The notes beneath the pieces are model-generated. The model searched no databases. It saw nothing but the letters and a program-made list of their open reading frames with translations, and had not been told where the DNA came from. This document shows positions 58,751-64,000 of a stretch of 64,000 nucleotides of DNA, piece after piece. Within the stretch, counting starts at the first letter, position 1. Every line of letters starts with the position of its first letter. The stretch comes from an uncultured Desulfobacter sp. (lineage in GTDB: Bacteria; Desulfobacterota; Desulfobacteria; Desulfobacterales; Desulfobacteraceae), in the NCBI GenBank assembly GCA_963665095.1, contig OY762069.1, positions 5,248,001 through 5,312,000 on the forward strand, in the 5' to 3' direction. Both the position numbers and the translations under genes were made by a program.

Positions 58751-59101
58751 ATATACCTTGCTTGCCTTTTTTTTGTTTTCTTCTTTGGGCAAAGACAAAC
58801 ATAGCTCATTATGCGCGCCTTTGTCCGCTTATTATAGCTTGCTAACTGAGACTGCTGGAATCTGTCCGGCGGAGTTCCCTTCCCTTGTATATATCAATGA
58901 CGATGAAGCTTACCTCCAATCCTTCCATATATTTTAGGTCTAACAGGAAATTCCTTTATTGTTTAGAATGTTAGGCTCGAGGATTTGGTAAAATTGGTAA
59001 AAACAGGGAATAATTGGTAGTAAGCTGATGTACTTTATAAAAAAATGTGATACACATTCTCAATTATTCATTTAAATATAAAATTCAGGTGACAGAAAAG
59101 T

Positions 59102-59374
59102 ATGGATTTAAAGTATAAGCTGAAAAAAATGATTATTGATGAGATGCAGATAGAAGATCTCACCCCTGAAGAGATAGAAGATGATTCCCCTTTGTTCGGA
59201 GACGGGCTTGGGCTTGATTCCCTGGATGCTGTTGAACTGGTTGTTCAGCTTCAGATTTATTTTGGTGTTGAGATAAAAAATATCGAGGAAGGAAGACCTG
59301 CGCTTCAATCAATTAACACACTGGCAGATTACGTTACAAAGCATTGTCCTGATCCCCAGAAGGTGCATCCCTGA
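59102..59374 (+). CDS. Acyl carrier protein (aryl-polyene-type)
   Basis: PLFGDGLGLDSLDAVEL phosphopantetheine site. Confidence 0.92.
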   Translation: MDLKYKLKKMIIDEMQIEDLTPEEIEDDSPLFGDGLGLDSLDAVELVVQLQIYFGVEIKNIEEGRPALQSINTLADYVTKHCPDPQKVHP

Positions 59375-60357
59375 AACTTGCGGTGCATGGCATAGGGATA
59401 GCCGGACCTTTGGGGCTCATTCCGGAAGACATGGACGCCTTATACCGTAACAGACAGGACAGATCGACGACTGCGGTACATCATGTTTCAGAAGACTGTC
59501 CCATTGAGGTGTTAAAAGCAGATACCACCGAGGTCTCTTCTTTTATTCCGAAATCAAAACTTCGCAGGGTCGATCATTACTCCCGGATGGCCCTTCTGGC
59601 TGCAGGCCGGGCTCTGGAAAAGGTGCCGTCCTCAATGATATCGGGAAAGGATACGGGGCTCATCATTGCCACGGGATTCGGGGCATTGAATTCAACATTT
59701 TCGTTTCTGGATTCCTACCTGGATCAGGGCGACAAACTTGCTGCCCCCACCTGGTTTTCAGGTTCAGTACATAATGCTGCGGCTGCCTACATCTCCATCT
59801 GTTACGGTCTTACAGGCCCCTGCCTTACTGTAAGCCAGTTTGATATGTCCTTTGCCTGCGCACTGCTTTCTGCACGGGCCTGGCTGAACACCGGAAGGGT
59901 GGATGCGATTTTAATCGGTACTGTGGATGAGTGGTGTGACGTCTCTGGTTACTGTCTGCAGCAGTTCAATAACAACTGCGGGGAAAAAATTTGTTCATTT
60001 GGAGAAGGTGCTGCTTTTTTTCTGGTGACACAGGATATGAATACGCGCCCTGCAATTGGTTTTCTTGACACTATTTATATTGGACGTGATTTAAGCGGGC
60101 ATACGTTTGGCACGGATGACATCATATTCTCGCCTTCAATGGCCAAGGAGAACTGTAGCAGCAGTTTCAAGATAGAAGACAAAGTTTCGCAGAATATTAC
60201 GTTGCGTAAACGTCTCAGAGGGGGAAGTCCCACGGATATGGGGATGGATGTATGGTATGCACTTTCTGACAGGCGGCACACAGAGGAAAGAATATGCTGC
60301 ATCAAACAAGGGTCAAACGGAATGTTTGGCAGCGTTACCACCGTAAAAAAATCTTGA
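59371..60357 (+). CDS. Beta-ketoacyl synthase chain-length-factor-like protein
   Basis: LRRVDHYSRMAL, PTWFSGSVHNAAA, GEGAAF; catalytic Cys position reads TVSQFDMS; start at CTG 59371 or GTG 59383. Confidence 0.8.
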   Translation: MKLAVHGIGIAGPLGLIPEDMDALYRNRQDRSTTAVHHVSEDCPIEVLKADTTEVSSFIPKSKLRRVDHYSRMALLAAGRALEKVPSSMISGKDTGLIIATGFGALNSTFSFLDSYLDQGDKLAAPTWFSGSVHNAAAAYISICYGLTGPCLTVSQFDMSFACALLSARAWLNTGRVDAILIGTVDEWCDVSGYCLQQFNNNCGEKICSFGEGAAFFLVTQDMNTRPAIGFLDTIYIGRDLSGHTFGTDDIIFSPSMAKENCSSSFKIEDKVSQNITLRKRLRGGSPTDMGMDVWYALSDRRHTEERICCIKQGSNGMFGSVTTVKKS

Positions 60358-60950
60358 AAAACAGATCCGGACCAAATAAAAAACTGGGCGTTATTTTTCA
60401 TTTGGTAATTGTGATTTTATTTTTTTGTTTTCCTTTGGCAAACCTGTATGCCCAAGAATATGCCCCGACCTTAGACGGTGTTTCTTTAAATTGGGGATAT
60501 ACCTATGACCCTTCAGATGATACCTGCTTTTCCCAGGTTTCCATTTTCAGGCTGTATGACTATGACCGGATATGGAAACACAAGGCACCGGAAAGGCTCC
60601 GGTTCAAAGTGGAGGGCAGCCTGGGCTGCGCGTGGTGGGATCATTCGGATTGTCGAATAATTGCTTCAGTAAATATTTTTGCAATGCTATATTTGACAGA
60701 CCCCCTGACAAACAAGATCAGGCCTTACGTTGAAGCCGGCATTGGGGGGATATATACGGATTACAGGGTTTCGGGACAGGATTACCGGATAAATTTTAAC
60801 CCCCAGGCAGGTATTGGTCTCGAAATTAATACGGATAGCAACCGTATCTGGTTTTCTGCTTTACGGCTGCATCATCTCTCCAATGCAGGCATTGGAGAGA
60901 TCAATCGTGGACAGAATTCAGTGGTATTGTTTATTGGGCAATATTTTTAA
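60354..60950 (+). CDS. PagL-like acyloxyacyl hydrolase (outer-membrane beta-barrel)
   Basis: PYVEAGIG, NFNPQAGIG, HHLSNAG..N.GQN, terminal Phe; TTG 60354 overlaps upstream stop. Confidence 0.82.
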   Translation: MKNRSGPNKKLGVIFHLVIVILFFCFPLANLYAQEYAPTLDGVSLNWGYTYDPSDDTCFSQVSIFRLYDYDRIWKHKAPERLRFKVEGSLGCAWWDHSDCRIIASVNIFAMLYLTDPLTNKIRPYVEAGIGGIYTDYRVSGQDYRINFNPQAGIGLEINTDSNRIWFSALRLHHLSNAGIGEINRGQNSVVLFIGQYF

Positions 60951-60988
60951 AATAGGTATAAAAGGAAAAAAAATATTTGGAGACATCT

Positions 60989-61237
60989 ATGGATAAAATA
61001 ATTGAAACGATCAATGCTGTACTTGAAGAAGAATTTGAAATAGATCCGGAACTGCTCAAACCTGAAGCCCTGCTTTACGAAGATATTGGACTGGACAGTT
61101 TAGATGCGGTAGACCTTATTGTTATGGTCGATAAAGAACTTGGTGTCCGTATTGAAGAGGATGAAGCCAGAGAACTTCGCACCCTGCAGGATGTCTATAA
61201 CATCATAGAAGAGTTGCTGAGGGTTAAATCCAGTTAA
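60989..61237 (+). CDS. Acyl carrier protein
   Basis: DIGLDSLDAVDL; ATG 60989 after GGAGA. Confidence 0.92.
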   Translation: MDKIIETINAVLEEEFEIDPELLKPEALLYEDIGLDSLDAVDLIVMVDKELGVRIEEDEARELRTLQDVYNIIEELLRVKSS

Positions 61238-61570
61238 TGTCCCTGTAAAACCGGACAAATGTGTCCATCGCATTCGCCTTATTTCACTTGACAAAAAGGA
61301 AGGTCCTATCTTACTAAGATAAGGATAAGATTTCAGATAAAGAGCGAAAAAGCGGATAGTATTCAAGATGTCACGCCAGTTAAGCTGGATGTGAATATAA
61401 CGCATGTTGGCCATTCCATCATTAATCAAGGCATGGAAAGTGGCATATATAAATGAATTGGTGCGGCTGAATCAAACTATGGCAGCAAACAACGGCACCC
61501 TAATTTTCTGTTCAGCTTTTTCGTTGATATTAGTTCATAAGCAAGGTCAGTTTTTATTTAAGGAGGATCG

Positions 61571-62773
61571 ATGAAACAGTACTGGAAGTTCATTTGGTTT
61601 ATCGGTGTGGTGGTGTTTCTGGCTACAGGCTGTTCGCAGAAAGGGATTGAGGGCATCTCTGCCGAGGACAATCCGACACACCACTATCTTACTGGCATGG
61701 AACTCATTGATGACGGCAAATTAAGTGAGGCCAAAACACATTTTGACCGGGCGTTATTGCTGGCACCTGATTTCGCCCCTGCCCTGGCTGGGAATGCGCT
61801 GGTGGCAGCCTGCACCTGTGAATCCCAGGAGGATGGGGCTCACCGCAGCGTGGATATGGAAAAAGCCCTGGAGCTGATTGAGAAGGCAGAAGATGAAGCG
61901 GACGGTGCTTCCCAGAAATTCTCCATACAGGTAACTGCCATACGCGTCTATACCCATGCTAAACCTAAAAGCTGGCTGCAGAAGGCCCAGGATGCCTATG
62001 ATACCGCATCTGTCATAAAAGATGTCAAGGTAACCGATCTGCCCTACTATCGGGGTCTTGAGGCCGCAGATTACTTCATGGGGCTGGCCGCCTTTCGGGC
62101 ATTTCAGTTCCGGGATGCCGAAGATCTCCTGTCAAAGGTGACCCAGGCCGCACCGGGTCGCTGGCACGAACCTGCCACCGTACTGTTTAAAAAGGTTCAC
62201 AAAATCGTTCGCGCCATAGCCAATTATACCCTGACAGATGTGGCCAAACACATTGCGATCAAAGATGAGGTTGTGCGGGCTGATGTCGCGGCTCTCCTGG
62301 TGGATGAACTGCGCCTGGACAGCCTCATGGCCGGCCGTATCCCCACCCCCCAGAAAAATAAGGCGGAATTTATCCCGGCAGATATTATTACCAATCCCTT
62401 TAAAGATGAAATTCTGACTACCTTAAAATGGCATCTGCGAGGCCTTGAACCGCAATATGATCAAACATCACAGGCCTATCTTTTTCACCCTGACGCACCC
62501 GTACAGCGAAAGGAGCTGGCCTTCATTCTGGAAGATCTTTTAATTAAAATCACCGGCGAAGACAAGCTGTCCAGCACCCACTTTGGTCAGGATCGTTCTC
62601 CTTTCCCGGATGTGGCGCCTTCCGCTCCCTGGTATAATGCCGTGATGAATGCTGTCAGCCGCAGCCTGATGGAGCCTGAGCTTTCCGGCGCGTTCCGGCC
62701 GGATGATACGGCAGATGGTGCGGAGATGCTTCTGGCATTGATGCGGTTGCGTAATGTTATGAATATCTACTGA
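61571..62773 (+). CDS. Lipoprotein with TPR repeats and C-terminal SLH-like domains
   Basis: Lipobox LATGC; TPR pattern FDRALLLAPDFAPA; FPDVAPSAPWYNAV...FRPDD. Confidence 0.8.
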   Translation: MKQYWKFIWFIGVVVFLATGCSQKGIEGISAEDNPTHHYLTGMELIDDGKLSEAKTHFDRALLLAPDFAPALAGNALVAACTCESQEDGAHRSVDMEKALELIEKAEDEADGASQKFSIQVTAIRVYTHAKPKSWLQKAQDAYDTASVIKDVKVTDLPYYRGLEAADYFMGLAAFRAFQFRDAEDLLSKVTQAAPGRWHEPATVLFKKVHKIVRAIANYTLTDVAKHIAIKDEVVRADVAALLVDELRLDSLMAGRIPTPQKNKAEFIPADIITNPFKDEILTTLKWHLRGLEPQYDQTSQAYLFHPDAPVQRKELAFILEDLLIKITGEDKLSSTHFGQDRSPFPDVAPSAPWYNAVMNAVSRSLMEPELSGAFRPDDTADGAEMLLALMRLRNVMNIY

Positions 62774-62806
62774 TACTAACTTAATGATACCACAAGGAGA
62801 TAGAAT

Positions 62807-63673
62807 ATGAAGCTTGTCAAATTTGCCGGATTTCTGGCTTTAAGTCTAATGCTGCTTACACCTGCCTGGGCAGAAGGCAACTGGGAATCGGTTACCAGTC
62901 AGAATCAGATTTTTGAAAAAGGATATATTCAGGTGGTCAGTGGTTCAGAGGAAGGGCAGAGTCGTTACCGGGCCCTTCGTGCGGCCAAGGTGGTGGCCCA
63001 GCGCGATCTTCTGGAAATTATTCAGGGCTTGAATCTTTACGGCTCCACCACAGTCCAGGACGGCATGCTGCAGTCAGATAATATTAAGACAACAGTTCAG
63101 GGCTTCTTGCGGGGTGCGGCCCAGTGCGGCCAGAGCTACAACTCCGAAAAGGGATTTGCCGAGGTATGCATGCAGGTCCATCTGCGCGGTAAGGGAGGGC
63201 TTTATGAAAGCATCCTTCCCCTGATTACCGACAAAGAGCTTGCCCCTGACGCCAAGCCTGCATTCCAGCCGTCTGCCGGTAATGCGCCAGACCAGGGAAA
63301 TACGACCGGCAATCAGGCTTCAGCCCCGGCTTCCCCCTATGACGGTCTGATCATTGACACCCGGAGCTTCCAATTCCGGCCGGCCCTGGTGAACAGAATT
63401 CTGACTGACCAGGAAGAGGTTGTTTTTGACCCTTCCAAAATCCTAAGCAATATTCTGGTAGAGCGCGGCTGCGGCGGGTTTACAACGGATGACGGTAAAG
63501 CCAAGGCCCTTCTGGAGAGCTGGGGAAGCAAACACCCCATGATCATTCAGACCGTGGATGTTTCCAAGCAGACCGATGCCAAAATATCCAGGAATGATGC
63601 CACAGCGATTACGGTTAACGATCAGGCATCCAACCTGCTCGCGCAGGCACGGGTGGTATTTATTTTAAAATAG
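62807..63673 (+). CDS. Secreted LPP20-like protein
   Basis: Signal peptide; ALRAAKVVAQRDLLE..G...TTVQD, VQGFLRGA; YDGLIID. Confidence 0.72.
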   Translation: MKLVKFAGFLALSLMLLTPAWAEGNWESVTSQNQIFEKGYIQVVSGSEEGQSRYRALRAAKVVAQRDLLEIIQGLNLYGSTTVQDGMLQSDNIKTTVQGFLRGAAQCGQSYNSEKGFAEVCMQVHLRGKGGLYESILPLITDKELAPDAKPAFQPSAGNAPDQGNTTGNQASAPASPYDGLIIDTRSFQFRPALVNRILTDQEEVVFDPSKILSNILVERGCGGFTTDDGKAKALLESWGSKHPMIIQTVDVSKQTDAKISRNDATAITVNDQASNLLAQARVVFILK

Positions 63674-63812
63674 TTTTGAAATAGTCCGGCAGCCTGTTAA
63701 TTTAAGTTAAGATGCTACAGTGGGCCTGTTTGCCGTCCTTATGGAAAAGGATTTGGCTGAACCGGTCCACTTTTTCACTTCAAACCGGCTCTATCTTCAG
63801 GGAGGTTGAGGT

Positions 63813-64000
63813 TTGCGTCACATATTAAGTGTATCTGTCATTTTTGCTTTGTTAATTGTACCCTTAGGGGCTGCATTCCCCGCCAGTGCAGATCTTGCTA
63901 CGAAGTCGTATTCCACGGAAGCGCTGGAAAAGGAGCACCTTGCACGCTATCATATGAATCTGGCCGGATATCTCATTGATATTGGAAAGTATTTTGAGGC
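63813..64000 (+). CDS. Exported protein, 5' part (runs off the window)
   Basis: GGAGG RBS, TTG 63813, signal peptide MRHILSVSVIFALLIVPLGAAFPASA, open to the window end. Confidence 0.7.
   Translation, partial: MRHILSVSVIFALLIVPLGAAFPASADLATKSYSTEALEKEHLARYHMNLAGYLIDIGKYFE

Noticed and set aside
58479..58937. Several overlapping short ORFs on both strands
   Set aside because: They span the repeat element and lack RBS or motifs; likely spurious
1..64000. CRISPR arrays, rRNA, tRNA, intact transposases or integrases
   Set aside because: No regularly spaced repeats, recognisable structural RNA genes or recombinase motifs were seen by eye

Overview
Chromosomal window from an anaerobic delta-proteobacterium, most likely Desulfobacteraceae (inferred from gene content, not from a search). 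Intact loci: corA, a large MscS channel, hom, an Hpt/PP2C/anti-sigma module, phoU-phoB-phoR, sirC-ccsA-hemA, a LIV-type ABC transporter with a long-chain acyl-CoA ligase and a patatin, a Cache kinase/NarL pair with a CoA ligase and permease, a secreted HExxH metalloprotease with a lipoprotein, zraP/zraSR, trmB-rocD, and a TPR/SLH lipoprotein cluster. The best candidates for undescribed biology are (i) a TetR-linked lipid-catabolic operon containing a stand-alone SCP2 protein and two complementary DUF2148-type Fe-S proteins, and (ii) a ~110-nt sigma54-dependent structured RNA with anti-Shine-Dalgarno motifs and its own terminator, upstream of a DUF1638 gene. The window also holds many clean deletion scars: an ALDH-Fe-ADH fusion, eutB/eutC, a sigma54 activator, a possible reduced aryl-polyene-type cluster and a DUF3150-like fragment. 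Two related MITE/REP-like elements are present. No rRNA, tRNA, CRISPR array or intact transposase was seen. All family assignments come from motif recognition by eye; no database searches were run.
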